From assembly GCA_001768615.1 (NCBI GenBank), contig MELE01000078.1, forward strand, positions 1 through 58,390: a stretch of DNA of 58,390 nucleotides, written 5' to 3'. The position numbers and the translations under genes were made by a program. The stretch comes from Acidobacteria bacterium RIFCSPLOWO2_12_FULL_67_14b. GTDB lineage: Bacteria > Acidobacteriota > Vicinamibacteria > Vicinamibacterales > UBA2999. Shown in pieces: positions 38,024-47,702 of this stretch; the first letter of the stretch is position 1, and each line of letters starts with the position of its first letter. Under the pieces are notes generated by a model. The model did not search any database. It saw only the letters and a program-made list of their open reading frames with translations, and had not been told where the DNA came from.

Positions 38024-41000
38024 ATGAGCGAGCTTCGGACCATTCTTGCGGATGTGCGGCGGCAGTGGACCCGCCGCGCGTTGCTCCGCGCATGGACGCT
38101 CGGCGCGGTGACCGCCGCCGCGATGCTGCTGGTCGGCGTGCTCGCGGTACGGCTCGTCGCTCGCGAGGGTGTGCCGCTGGTCTTCGCCGTCGCCGTCGTC
38201 TCGGCGATTGCGGTCGTCTCGCTGGTCTTTGCGCTGCTGCCACTGCGCCGGCCCCCCTCCGACAAGCAAGTCGCGCGATTCATCGAGGAACGCGCCGGCG
38301 GCCTGGACGATGTGCTGGTCACCGCCGTGGAAAAGGGCCTTGGGTCGGACGGGCCCATGGCCGACATCCTGGTCCGGGATGCGGTGCGCGCCAGCCGAAG
38401 CGTCGACTTCGGTACCGTCGTGAGCCGGCACACCTACTGGCGTGCCGCCGCGGGCGCCGCCTTCGGCGGCGTGGCCCTGCTGGCCGCAATCGGGCTGTTC
38501 GCCCCATCCGCCACGCGGGCGGGTCACGTCGTCGGGTCGTACCTTTTTCCGAAGCGCTACGCGATCGACGTCGTTCCCGGATCTGCGAAGGTCCGCGCGG
38601 GTCAGCCGCTGACCATCACCGCACGCATCCCCCACATCGATGGCGGACTGGTGCCGACATTGACGGTCGGGGCGGGCGATGTCGCGCGTTCGGCGCGCAT
38701 GTTGCCTGGCGGCGCGCCGGGCGAATTCACGATTACGCTGAACAACATCACAGTGTCGTTTCCCTACGTCGTGGCCGCCGGCTCCGCTCGATCCGGGGAT
38801 TACACGGTTGATGTGATCCGGCCGGTCCGCGTCACGCGCATCGATCTGGCGTTCGAATACCCCGAGGGCGTGGGACTGGCGCCGCATACCGAAGAGGATG
38901 CGGGCGACATCTACGCTCCCGCGGGCACCAGGGTCAAGGTCGTCGTCACGGCGGACAAGCCGGTGACCGGGGCGCGGCTGACGCTGGCCGATGGCACGGC
39001 GCTGCCGATGAGCGGCACCGACACGGTCGTCACCGCCGACATGGTGATCGCCAGCGACGGCTCGTACCGCGTGTCGCTGAGCGACATCGACGGGCTGTCG
39101 AGCGAGGGCGACCCGGAGTACTTCATCCGGATGCTGGACGATCGTCCGCCGGACGTGCGGATCCTCCGGCCCGCGGGTGACAAGCAGGTGTCGCCGCTCG
39201 AAGAAGTCGCCATCGAGGCCCGCGCCGACGACGACTACGGCCTGGCCGCGCTCGAGCTGGTGTTGAAGACATCGACGGGCCGCGAAACCGTGGTGCCGCT
39301 CGGTTCGCCCGTGAGCGGGTCGCTGGCCGTGGGCACCCACACGGTGTTCCTCGAGGACCTGAAGGTCAAGCCGGGCGACTTCGTGACCTATCACGCCCGC
39401 GCGCGCGATCGCGGCCGCGGGCGGCGTCCGGCCGAAGCGCGCAGCGACATCTTCTTTCTCGAGGTGAAGCCCTACGAGGAAGAGTTCGTCGCGGCCGAGA
39501 GCCAGGCTGGCGGCGGCATGGCGGGCGAGGCCACGGGCGTCGAAGAACTGGCGGCGCTGCAGAAAGACATCATCGCGGCCACGTGGAAGCTCGATGCCCG
39601 CGCGCGGCGGGCCCGCGAGGCCCGTTCCGATCAGGACATTCGCGCGGTGGCGAGAGCGCAGACCGCGCTCAAGGCGAAGGCCGAGGAACTCGCCGGTCAG
39701 ATGGCCAGTCAGGCATTCGCGCAGCGGCGCCGCCGTACCGGCCAACCGGGCCTGACTCCGGGCGGCGAGGATCCGATGCCGCGCGCGGTCGAGGCCATGG
39801 GCCGCGCCGCCGGTGAATTGGATCGCCTGAATACCGCCAAGTCGCTGCCGCATGAAGAAGAAGCGCTCAGCCAGTTGCTGAAGGCCGCGGCCGAGATTCG
39901 ACGCCGCCAGATCCAGCGGCAGCAGGCGCAGGGCGGCGGCGGCAACGGCAACCGGCAGCAACTGGACCTGTCGACGTTGTTCGATCAGGAGCTGCGGAAG
40001 AAGCAGCAAACCAACTACGAGACGCCGTCCACGACCGAGACCAGGAACGACGAGCAGAAGCCCGAGGGCGAGGATCCGCTCGCGAACATCCGCGAGCTCG
40101 CGCGCCGGCAGGAGGCGCTCAGCAAGCAGCAGCGCGACCTGGCGAAGAACCGCGAGCAGCTCTCGGAAGACGAGGTCAAGCGCCAGCTCGAACGGCTGAC
40201 CCGCGAGCAGAACGAGCTGCGCGCCCAGGCGGAAGAGCTCTCGAAGCAGATGCAGTCGCAGCCGTCGCCGGGCGGACAGTCTTCCGAACCCCTGGGACGT
40301 CAGTCGTCGTCGAGCGGTCAACAAGGCCAGGGGCAGGGACAGAGCGCGTCGGCCGAGAGCCGCAAGATGCGCGAGATCTCCGACGAGATGCGCAACGCCG
40401 CGCGGGACCTCGGCCGCCAGGATCCGCAGCAGGCGAGCGCGCGCGCGGACCGCGCGCTGCAGCAGCTGCGCAGCCTCGAGCAACAACTGCAGGAGGCCAA
40501 CCCCGACGAACGCAAGCGCGCGCTCGGCGACCTGCAGCTCGAAGCGCGCCAGCTGGCGGACGCCGAACGGCGCCTGGGCAACGAATCGGCGCGCACCGCA
40601 CAGGGCGCGGCCGGCGAGGACGCGCGCCGGCGGCTGGCCGCGGAGCAGGATCGCCTGGCCGATCGCGCCGAGCGGCTCGGCGAGAACGTGAAGCAACTGG
40701 CGAGTGGCGCCGGCGAGGCCGAGCCGCAAGACCCCCTCGACGTTGCTCAGGGCAGGCGTCAGGCCGTGACCGAGGCGTCACGGGAAATCGAGCGCCAGCG
40801 GCTGGCGGAGCGGATGCGCGAAGCGGCCAGGTCGATGCAGCAGGGCACGGCGGCGGACGGCTCGCCCTCTCCGGCGAAGACGGAGGAGCTCGCCCGGGCG
40901 CTCGACAAGGTGGCCGAGCGCCTTGGCGCCGCGACCGGCGGCCGCGACGGGGAAGCGGCGCGGCTATCGGAGCAACTGGCCAAGACACAGGAGCTGCGGG

Positions 41001-41470
41001 ATCGGCTGGGCGATCTGCAGAAGACCATGGACGCGCTGGCCAGCGCCGAGGGCCGCGAGGGGCAGGCCGGCCAGCAAGGCACCTCGGAAGGCGGGCGCGC
41101 CGGCGCGGTGTCGCGATTGCAGCGCGAGGTCGACGAGAAGATGCGCGACGCGCAGCGGCTCGCCGAAGACGTCCAGAAGCAGAATCCGGAGATGCAGACC
41201 GGCGGCACGACGCCCGAGCAATGGCAGCGCAGCACCTCCGCGCCGGGCACCGAGGGCTTCAAGCAGGACTTCGCGAAATGGGAATCGCTCAAGAAGAACC
41301 TGCTGGTGGCGCTCGAGAAGACGGAATCGCAGTTGTCGGATCAGCTGCGCGCCCGGGAGAACAAGGAGCGATTGAACGCCGGCCGTCACGACGCCGTCTC
41401 GGAAACGTACCGGGAGCTCGTCGATCGGTATTACCAGTCGCTGGCTGCGCCGCGGAGACCGCCCCGCTAG
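38024..41470 (+). CDS. Large membrane protein: TM helices, Ig-like region and long Gln-rich coiled coil (DUF4175-like)
   Basis: N-terminal TMs, DRPPDVRI..P, ADDDYGL, heptad-rich C-terminal half, YRELVDRYYQSL. Start placed at MSELR. Confidence 0.75.
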   Translation: MSELRTILADVRRQWTRRALLRAWTLGAVTAAAMLLVGVLAVRLVAREGVPLVFAVAVVSAIAVVSLVFALLPLRRPPSDKQVARFIEERAGGLDDVLVTAVEKGLGSDGPMADILVRDAVRASRSVDFGTVVSRHTYWRAAAGAAFGGVALLAAIGLFAPSATRAGHVVGSYLFPKRYAIDVVPGSAKVRAGQPLTITARIPHIDGGLVPTLTVGAGDVARSARMLPGGAPGEFTITLNNITVSFPYVVAAGSARSGDYTVDVIRPVRVTRIDLAFEYPEGVGLAPHTEEDAGDIYAPAGTRVKVVVTADKPVTGARLTLADGTALPMSGTDTVVTADMVIASDGSYRVSLSDIDGLSSEGDPEYFIRMLDDRPPDVRILRPAGDKQVSPLEEVAIEARADDDYGLAALELVLKTSTGRETVVPLGSPVSGSLAVGTHTVFLEDLKVKPGDFVTYHARARDRGRGRRPAEARSDIFFLEVKPYEEEFVAAESQAGGGMAGEATGVEELAALQKDIIAATWKLDARARRAREARSDQDIRAVARAQTALKAKAEELAGQMASQAFAQRRRRTGQPGLTPGGEDPMPRAVEAMGRAAGELDRLNTAKSLPHEEEALSQLLKAAAEIRRRQIQRQQAQGGGGNGNRQQLDLSTLFDQELRKKQQTNYETPSTTETRNDEQKPEGEDPLANIRELARRQEALSKQQRDLAKNREQLSEDEVKRQLERLTREQNELRAQAEELSKQMQSQPSPGGQSSEPLGRQSSSSGQQGQGQGQSASAESRKMREISDEMRNAARDLGRQDPQQASARADRALQQLRSLEQQLQEANPDERKRALGDLQLEARQLADAERRLGNESARTAQGAAGEDARRRLAAEQDRLADRAERLGENVKQLASGAGEAEPQDPLDVAQGRRQAVTEASREIERQRLAERMREAARSMQQGTAADGSPSPAKTEELARALDKVAERLGAATGGRDGEAARLSEQLAKTQELRDRLGDLQKTMDALASAEGREGQAGQQGTSEGGRAGAVSRLQREVDEKMRDAQRLAEDVQKQNPEMQTGGTTPEQWQRSTSAPGTEGFKQDFAKWESLKKNLLVALEKTESQLSDQLRARENKERLNAGRHDAVSETYRELVDRYYQSLAAPRRPPR
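40733..40757. repeat. Short REP-like element (CCC-TCGAC-nnn-GCTCAGGGCAGGC) inside the coiled-coil CDS
   Basis: Matches the ends of the 43715-43747 element; translated as DPLDVAQGR. Confidence 0.5.
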
Positions 41471-41485
41471 CGGAGGGCGACGACC

Positions 41486-43705
41486 ATGCAGTTTGCGGTG
41501 TTGCTTCCATGGTGGGGCTACGTGTTGGCCGTGGCCGGCGCGGTGGTCCTCGCCTGGCTGGCCTACGTGCGCGTGCCGGTGCCGCTGGACGCCGCGTCCC
41601 GGACGCTCCTGATCGGCCTGAGGGCCGCCACGCTCCTGCTGCTCATCGCCATCCTGTTGCGGCCCGTCGTGCTCGTGCCCCCATCGGCCGCCAACAACAG
41701 CCTCCTGCCGATTCTCGTCGATGTGTCGCGCAGCATGCGGTTGACCGACGGCGGCGGCCCGTCGCGCATCGAACGGGCGCAGGCCATCGTGCGCGACCTG
41801 CAGGCACGGCTCGGCGGTGAGTACCGGCTCGAGCTGCTCACGTTCGGCGAGGCGCTCGCACCCGGGGCGGTCGATCACCTGGCCGCCACCGCCCGCCGGA
41901 GCGACCTGAGCGGCGCCATCGCGGATCTCGCCGACCGCCATCGCGGTCACCGGCTGGCCGGCGTGATCGTGATTTCCGACGGCGGCGACACGGCGGCCCA
42001 GGAAACCGAGTCGGCACGGTCGATCGACGCGCCGGTGATCGCGGTGGGCGTCGGCACGGCCGCCGCCTCGCGCGATCGCGAGATCGTCAACCTGACGGCG
42101 GGGGAGCCGTTGCTGGCCGGCGCCTCGATCGATCTCAGCGTGTCGGCGTCGAGCGCCGGATTCGGCCGGGCGCCGGTGGAGATCCGCGTCAGCGCCAACG
42201 GCCGTCCCGTGGACGTGCGCCGCGTGACCCCGGAAGCCGAGGGCGCGCCGATCCACGAAGTGTTCACCGTGTCGCCCGATCCGGACATCGCCACTGTGTA
42301 CTCGGTCGAAATCCCGTTTCAGGAGGGTGAGCTCGCTCGCGAGAACAACACCCGCAGCGTACTGGTGCCACCGCAGGCGGGCCGCCGCAAGATCCTGATC
42401 CTCGAAGGCGCGCCCGGGTACGAGCACACGTTCCTCAAGCGCGCGCTCGCGCAGGACCCCGGCTTCGACGTCGATGCCGTCGTGCGGAAAGGGCAGAACG
42501 ACGATGGGCGGGACACGTTCTACGTGCAGGCCGGCGGCAGCCGCGTGGCGGCGCTGTCGAGCGGGTATCCGGCGAAGCGGTCCGAGTTGTTCGCGTACGA
42601 CGGCATCATCTTCGGCAACATCGAGGCGGACTTCTTCACCCGCGCCCAGCTCGAGCTGACGTCGGAATTCGTGGCGGCGCGCGGCGGCGGGCTGCTCGTG
42701 CTCGGCGCGCGGTCGTTCGATCGCCAGGGCCTGGCCGGTACGCCGCTCGAGGAAGTGCTGCCGGTCGATCTGACGGACCGTCGCGGCGCGGTGGCGAGGG
42801 CCTCCGCCGAGGTCGCCGGCGCGCCGCCCAACACGCCTGCGCTCACCGCCGACGGCAGCGCGCACCCGGCCACGCGCCTGGCCGCCTCGGCGGACGAAAG
42901 CCGCCGCCGGTGGTCGGAGCTGCCGCCGCTGGCGTCGGTCACCCCGATGGGCGGCCCGCGGCCGGGCGCGCAGATCCTGGCCGTGGCGCTCGGCGGCGGC
43001 GCGCCGGCACAGCCGCTGCTCGCGGTGCAACGCTACGGGCAGGGCCGCTCGATGGTGTTCGCCGGCGAGGCCTCGTGGCGCTGGCGCATGATGCGGCCCG
43101 TCACCGATACGAGCTACGAAACCATCTGGCGGCAAATCGCGCGCTGGCTGACCGCCGGCTCGCCGGGACAGGTGACCATCGCCGCCATGAGCCCGAGCGT
43201 GCCGGGCATTGTCGATCGCATCACGGTCACCGTGAGAAACCGGGATTTCGCGCCGGTCGGCAACGCCGAGGTGTCGATCGGACTGACCGCGCCCGACGGC
43301 CAGACGCGGCAATTGACGCCGGCGCTCTCGAGCCCGCAAGACGGACGGTATGCGGTGGCGGCGCGTTTCGATCAGCCGGGGGTCTATCGCGTTGCCGCCA
43401 CCGCGATGCAGGGCGGCGAACGGCTGGGGACGGCCATGCGGCAGGTACTGGTGGGCGGCGCCGATCTCGAGATGACACAGCCGCGATTGAACGAGGCCGT
43501 GCTCCGCCGCCTGGCATCGGCCACCGGCGGGGCCTACCGGTCCGCCGACCAGGCGCAGGACCTGCCATCGCTCGTGCGCGCCTCCGGCGCCGACGCGGGG
43601 ACGCCCGAACAGCGCGACCTCTGGCACAATGGATGGAGCCTGCTGGTGATCGTCGGCCTGTTGGCCGCCGAGTGGATGGCGCGCAGGCGCGTTGGGCTCG
43701 CCTGA
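41486..43705 (+). CDS. Membrane protein with VWA and class I glutamine amidotransferase-like domains
   Basis: N-terminal TMs, LVDVSRSM, ISDG, RGGGLLVLG, YGQGRS, WRWRM, C-terminal DLW...EW..RRR.GLA. Confidence 0.8.
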   Translation: MQFAVLLPWWGYVLAVAGAVVLAWLAYVRVPVPLDAASRTLLIGLRAATLLLLIAILLRPVVLVPPSAANNSLLPILVDVSRSMRLTDGGGPSRIERAQAIVRDLQARLGGEYRLELLTFGEALAPGAVDHLAATARRSDLSGAIADLADRHRGHRLAGVIVISDGGDTAAQETESARSIDAPVIAVGVGTAAASRDREIVNLTAGEPLLAGASIDLSVSASSAGFGRAPVEIRVSANGRPVDVRRVTPEAEGAPIHEVFTVSPDPDIATVYSVEIPFQEGELARENNTRSVLVPPQAGRRKILILEGAPGYEHTFLKRALAQDPGFDVDAVVRKGQNDDGRDTFYVQAGGSRVAALSSGYPAKRSELFAYDGIIFGNIEADFFTRAQLELTSEFVAARGGGLLVLGARSFDRQGLAGTPLEEVLPVDLTDRRGAVARASAEVAGAPPNTPALTADGSAHPATRLAASADESRRRWSELPPLASVTPMGGPRPGAQILAVALGGGAPAQPLLAVQRYGQGRSMVFAGEASWRWRMMRPVTDTSYETIWRQIARWLTAGSPGQVTIAAMSPSVPGIVDRITVTVRNRDFAPVGNAEVSIGLTAPDGQTRQLTPALSSPQDGRYAVAARFDQPGVYRVAATAMQGGERLGTAMRQVLVGGADLEMTQPRLNEAVLRRLASATGGAYRSADQAQDLPSLVRASGADAGTPEQRDLWHNGWSLLVIVGLLAAEWMARRRVGLA

Positions 43706-43714
43706 CGGGCCGCA

Positions 43715-43747
43715 GCCTGCCCTGAGCGAGCGGAGCGAGTCGCAGGG
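43715..43747. repeat. Intergenic REP-like element GCCTGCCCTGAGCGAG...CGAGTCGCAGGG
   Basis: Imperfect palindrome with related copies at 6811 and 40733. Confidence 0.65.
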
Positions 43748-43776
43748 ATGACGCAGAGATCTAACCAGGGCCGCAG

Positions 43777-44751
43777 ATGACGCAGATGACACAGATTAAA
43801 TACATCGTCGCGATCGCCCTGGTCGCGTCGCTGGCGCCGGTCGCGGCCGTGGCCGAAACGCGGTGGGCCATCATCGTGTCCGGCGCGTCGGGGGGGGAGA
43901 AGTACGCCGAGCAGATGAAGGAGTGGCGCACCGGCCTCCAGTCGGCCCTGGTCGATCGCTACGGATTCAAGGCCGAGGACATCCGCGTCTTCGTGGACGA
44001 GACCGTCAAGACCGGCGAGGCGGCGAACGCGGCGAACATGCGCAAGGTGTTCGGCGACCTCAAGACGAAGGGCGCCAAGGACGACTTCGTGCTCGTCGTG
44101 CTGCTGGGCCACGGCACCTACGACGGCGATGTCGCCAAGTTCAACCTGGTGGGCCCCGACCTGACGGCGAAGGAGTGGACCGATCTGCTGGCCGGCATTC
44201 CCGGCCGGCTGGCGGTGGTCAACACGACCGAGGCCAGTTTTCCGTTCCTGGCGTCGCTGACATCGAAGGGCCGGATCGTGATCACGGCCACCGATTCGGC
44301 GGCGCAGAAGTACGCCACGGTGTTCCCCGAGTACTTCGTGAAGGCCATGAAGGAAGCGTCGAGCGATCTCGACAAGAACGGCCGCACGTCGATTTTCGAG
44401 GTCTTCGCCGCGGCCAGCGCGGCGGTGAAGCAGCACTACGAGCAGCGCGGGCAGCTGGCCACCGAACGCGCGCTCATCGACGACAACGGCGACGGCACCG
44501 GCCGCGAGGCGAGCGCGGAGGGGCCGGATGGCGGCTTCGCGCGGATCGCCTATCTCGATGCGGAGAACCCGGCGGAGGCCGCCAATCCCGAGCTGGCGGC
44601 GCTCGTCCGCCGCCGCCGCGCGCTCGAAACGGAGGCCGAGGAGCTCAAGCTGAAGAAGGGCGAGATCCCGGACGCCGAGTGGAACGCGCAATTCGAGAAG
44701 CTCATGGTTGAGCTCGCACAAGTGTCCATGGAAATCCGTAAGAAGTCGTAA
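43777..44751 (+). CDS. Exported caspase/legumain (clan CD)-fold-like protein, catalytic Cys apparently absent
   Basis: Signal peptide; WAIIVSG, VVLLGHG, VVNTTEAS in place of D-A/S-C, VITAT, DLDKNGRTS; C-terminal coiled coil. The start lies in a 9-bp CGCAGATGA repeat. Confidence 0.6.
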   Translation: MTQMTQIKYIVAIALVASLAPVAAVAETRWAIIVSGASGGEKYAEQMKEWRTGLQSALVDRYGFKAEDIRVFVDETVKTGEAANAANMRKVFGDLKTKGAKDDFVLVVLLGHGTYDGDVAKFNLVGPDLTAKEWTDLLAGIPGRLAVVNTTEASFPFLASLTSKGRIVITATDSAAQKYATVFPEYFVKAMKEASSDLDKNGRTSIFEVFAAASAAVKQHYEQRGQLATERALIDDNGDGTGREASAEGPDGGFARIAYLDAENPAEAANPELAALVRRRRALETEAEELKLKKGEIPDAEWNAQFEKLMVELAQVSMEIRKKS

Positions 44752-44811
44752 GAACAAGAGACCAGGAGATCAGAAGAAGAGTTTTCTCTTGATCTCCTGG
44801 TCTCCTGTTCT
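44751..44811. terminator. 22-bp inverted repeat built of 9-mers between convergent genes (possible bidirectional terminator)
   Basis: agaacaagagaccaggagatca / tgatctcctggtctcctgttct, 1 mismatch. Confidence 0.6.
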
Positions 44812-45480
44812 ATGGGGTGTGTCCCACCAGTCGACGGTCATGCGTTCGGGGCGGCGCATGATCCGCACCAGCAGCACCCCCGCCACGAACCCCATCACGT
44901 GCGACCAGAAGGCCACGCCGCCGGTGAGGCCGGCGGCGCCGAAGATCGGCAGCGTGCCGAGGCCGTTCAGGAACTGGACGACGAACCACATCACCAGGAA
45001 CAGCACGGCGGGCAGCTCGAAGACGATCGGCGGAAACGGGAACAGCATCAGCACGCGCGAGTGCGGGTAGAGGACCAGATAGGCGCCCATCACGCCGGCG
45101 ATGGCGCCGCTGGCGCCGACCATCGGGACTTCCGACAGCGGGGCGAGCGCGGTCTGCGCGACCGCCGCGACGAACCCGCAGACCAGGTAGAAGAGCAGGT
45201 AGCGCCCGTGCCCGAGCCGGTCTTCGATGTTGTCGCCGAAGATCCACAGGAACAACATGTTGCCGGCCAGGTGCGCGAGCCCGCCGTGCACGAACATCGA
45301 CGTGAACACGGAGACGAGGGAAAAGTACGCGGGCACCAGGCCGAAGGTGAGGAGGAAGAGGTCGAACCCGCGCTCGGTGAGCCCCAGCTGGAACAGGAAG
45401 ACGAGCACGTTGACGGCGATCAGGGCCACGGTCACCACGGGCGTCGTGCGCGACGGGATGACATCGCGGATCGGGATCAT
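44770..45480 (-). CDS. Rhomboid intramembrane serine protease
   Basis: SMFVHGGLAHLAGNMLFLWIFGDNIE, VGASGAIAG, AFWSHVMGF. Confidence 0.92.
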   Translation of the reverse strand: MIPIRDVIPSRTTPVVTVALIAVNVLVFLFQLGLTERGFDLFLLTFGLVPAYFSLVSVFTSMFVHGGLAHLAGNMLFLWIFGDNIEDRLGHGRYLLFYLVCGFVAAVAQTALAPLSEVPMVGASGAIAGVMGAYLVLYPHSRVLMLFPFPPIVFELPAVLFLVMWFVVQFLNGLGTLPIFGAAGLTGGVAFWSHVMGFVAGVLLVRIMRRPERMTVDWWDTPHRTGDQEIKRKLFF

Positions 45481-45578
45481 TCAGCTCTCGGCTTTCGGCT
45501 CTCAGCTTAGAACGAATCGTCGCTGGCTGTTAGCCGAAAGCCGAAAGCTGAAAGCCGAAAGCTGTAAGCTGAAAGCTG
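45481..45578. repeat. Inverted heptamer arrays (TCGGCTT-like x4 / AGCCGAA-AGCTGAA x~7) between divergent genes
   Basis: Seen directly at 45481-45508 and 45532-45578. Confidence 0.85.
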
Positions 45579-45580
45579 TT

Positions 45581-45778
45581 ATGAAATGTCGCGCGTGCGG
45601 TGCCGAGATCGCCGCCAACGCCCTGATTTGCTACAAGTGCGGGACGGCCACGTCCGAGCCCCGCATTCCGCCGCCGGCGGCCCGGCCGCGCCGCCGCCTG
45701 CCGATCGCCGGCCTCGTCCTGCTGGGCCTCGCCCTGGCCGCGCTCGCGCGGGAAGTGGCCTGCGGAAGCCTGTTATGA
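45581..45778 (+). CDS. Small zinc-ribbon protein with C-terminal TM helix
   Basis: MKCRACGAEIAANALICYKCG...LPIAGLVLLGLALAAL. Confidence 0.7.
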   Translation: MKCRACGAEIAANALICYKCGTATSEPRIPPPAARPRRRLPIAGLVLLGLALAALAREVACGSLL

Positions 45779-45818
45779 TGAGTTGCCTGGACCCCGGCGA
45801 GGGGCCCCCGCTTTCCCT

Positions 45819-47432
45819 ATGGCAAACGCGCGGCTCGAAGTAAACGACGGCCTCGGCCAGCGGGTCGTGCCGATCACGAAGGCTCAGCTGTGCATCGGCC
45901 GACGCACGGAAAGCGATCTGCGGCTCGTCGGCAGCGATGTCTCCCGCGAGCACGCCGAGATCGTCGAGGTCGACGGCGGGTGGGTGCTCAAGGACAAGGG
46001 ATCGCGGTACGGCACCTACGTCAACGGCGAGTCGATCACCGAGCACAAGCTGGTGCACGGCGATCGCGTGCAGTTCGGGCGGGCCAGCGGCGCCGACGTC
46101 GTCTTCCTGACCGGCGAGGGCCCGGCGCACACGGACCGATCGCATGCGAGCGCCGTCAACGACCTGCGCCAGCTGGCGGCGCTGCTCGAAGGGCTGCGCG
46201 CGCTCGGGTCCGGCCGCGTGCTGGACGAGGTGCTGGCCCTCGTGCTCGATGCCGCCATCGACGTGGCCGGCGCCGAACGCGGCTTCATCATGCTGTCGTC
46301 TGCGGGCAGCCCGCTCGAGATGAAGCTGGCCCGCGCCAGGGGCCGCATCACGCTGCCCGGCACCGGGTTCAACACCAGCCGCAAGATTCCTGAAGAGGTC
46401 TTCGCCACTGGCGAGCTGAAGATCGTGGCCGACCTGCTCGACGGCGACCTGGCCAACGTTCACATGGGCACCGTCGCCCTCGGCATTCGCCACGTCGCGT
46501 GCATCCCGCTGCGCATGGTGCGGTATCTCGATCGCGCCGACATGGCCAGCGAGACCAAGAACATCGGCGTGCTCTACCTCGACAGCCGCGAGAAGGGCAG
46601 CCTGCTTGCGCCGCACACGCGCACCGCGCTCGATACGCTCGCCACCGAAGCCGGCGTCGCCATCGAGAACGCGCGCCTCTATCGCGAAACGCTCGACAAG
46701 GCGCGCCTCGAGCACGAGCTCAAGATCGCCGCCGAAATCCAGAAGGCGCTGCTGCCCGAGGGCAACCACAACGGCCCGTTCTTCCAGGCCAGCGGCACCT
46801 CGGTGCAGGCCCGGTCGATCGGCGGCGACTTCTTCGATCTGATCGACATGCCCGGCGGCACGTTCGGCTTCCTGGTCGGCGACGTCGCCGGCAAGGGCCC
46901 CGCGGCGGCGCTGCTCACGGCGAAGATTCTCGGCATCTTCTCGGCCTTCGCGTCGGTCGGCGACGATCCGGCGCAGACGGTCGATCACATCAACAAGGTT
47001 CTGACCCGCCGCGCCATCGACGCGCGCTACGCGACGTTGCTCTACGGTCAGCTCGCGCCTTCCGGGAAGCTGATGTTCTGCAACGGCGGCCACAACCCGC
47101 CGCTGGTGTTCGGCCGGCAGGGCCTGCGCCGCATCGAGGCCGGCGGCATGCCCGTGGGCCTGTTCGAGGTGGCCCCCTATGCCAACGACAGCGTCGAGCT
47201 GGAGCCCGGCGACACCATGATCCTCTACAGCGACGGCGTGACCGAGGCGCACAACGTGGCCGGCGAGGAATTCGGCGAGGCGCGGATGGTCGACGTCCTG
47301 CAGTCGTTCCACACGGAGCCGGCCACCGTCGTGCTCGACAAGCTGATCGACGCGGTGAAGACCTTCGCGAAGGGCGCCGAGCAATACGACGACGTGACGG
47401 CGCTGGTCGTGCAGTACACCGGACCGAAATGA
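45819..47432 (+). CDS. FHA-GAF-SpoIIE (PP2C/RsbU-like) phosphatase
   Basis: FHA: IGR..SD, VSREHA, SRYGTYVNG; GAF: GVLYLDS; PP2C: GGDFFD, GDVAGKG, YSDGVTEA, DDVT. Confidence 0.9.
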   Translation: MANARLEVNDGLGQRVVPITKAQLCIGRRTESDLRLVGSDVSREHAEIVEVDGGWVLKDKGSRYGTYVNGESITEHKLVHGDRVQFGRASGADVVFLTGEGPAHTDRSHASAVNDLRQLAALLEGLRALGSGRVLDEVLALVLDAAIDVAGAERGFIMLSSAGSPLEMKLARARGRITLPGTGFNTSRKIPEEVFATGELKIVADLLDGDLANVHMGTVALGIRHVACIPLRMVRYLDRADMASETKNIGVLYLDSREKGSLLAPHTRTALDTLATEAGVAIENARLYRETLDKARLEHELKIAAEIQKALLPEGNHNGPFFQASGTSVQARSIGGDFFDLIDMPGGTFGFLVGDVAGKGPAAALLTAKILGIFSAFASVGDDPAQTVDHINKVLTRRAIDARYATLLYGQLAPSGKLMFCNGGHNPPLVFGRQGLRRIEAGGMPVGLFEVAPYANDSVELEPGDTMILYSDGVTEAHNVAGEEFGEARMVDVLQSFHTEPATVVLDKLIDAVKTFAKGAEQYDDVTALVVQYTGPK

Positions 47433-47701
47433 GCAGCCCCGTCCGGCTCGCCCTGGGCCTGTGGATCGTCTTCGCGGTCGTGGTCTGGAACGTCTCGTTC
47501 GATCGGCAGGTCAAGGTGGCGGGCCGCGCCTTCGTGCACGAGCAGCTGGCGCGGCACCAGCGGGGCCTCCCGGTCACGACCATCAATGCCGGACTCCGGC
47601 CCCGGATCCGGGCGGCGGCCGCCCGGTCCAGCGCGTGGTCACTCGTGATCGCCGGTGTCGGCGTCCTGGCCACGGCCTGGGCCGCCAGGAGGACGCCCTG
47701 A
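47429..47701 (+). CDS. Small two-TM hypothetical protein
   Basis: ATGA overlap; MSSPVRLALGLWIVFAVVVWNVSFD...WSLVIAGVGVLATAW. Confidence 0.65.
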   Translation: MSSPVRLALGLWIVFAVVVWNVSFDRQVKVAGRAFVHEQLARHQRGLPVTTINAGLRPRIRAAAARSSAWSLVIAGVGVLATAWAARRTP

Positions 47702-47702
47702 C

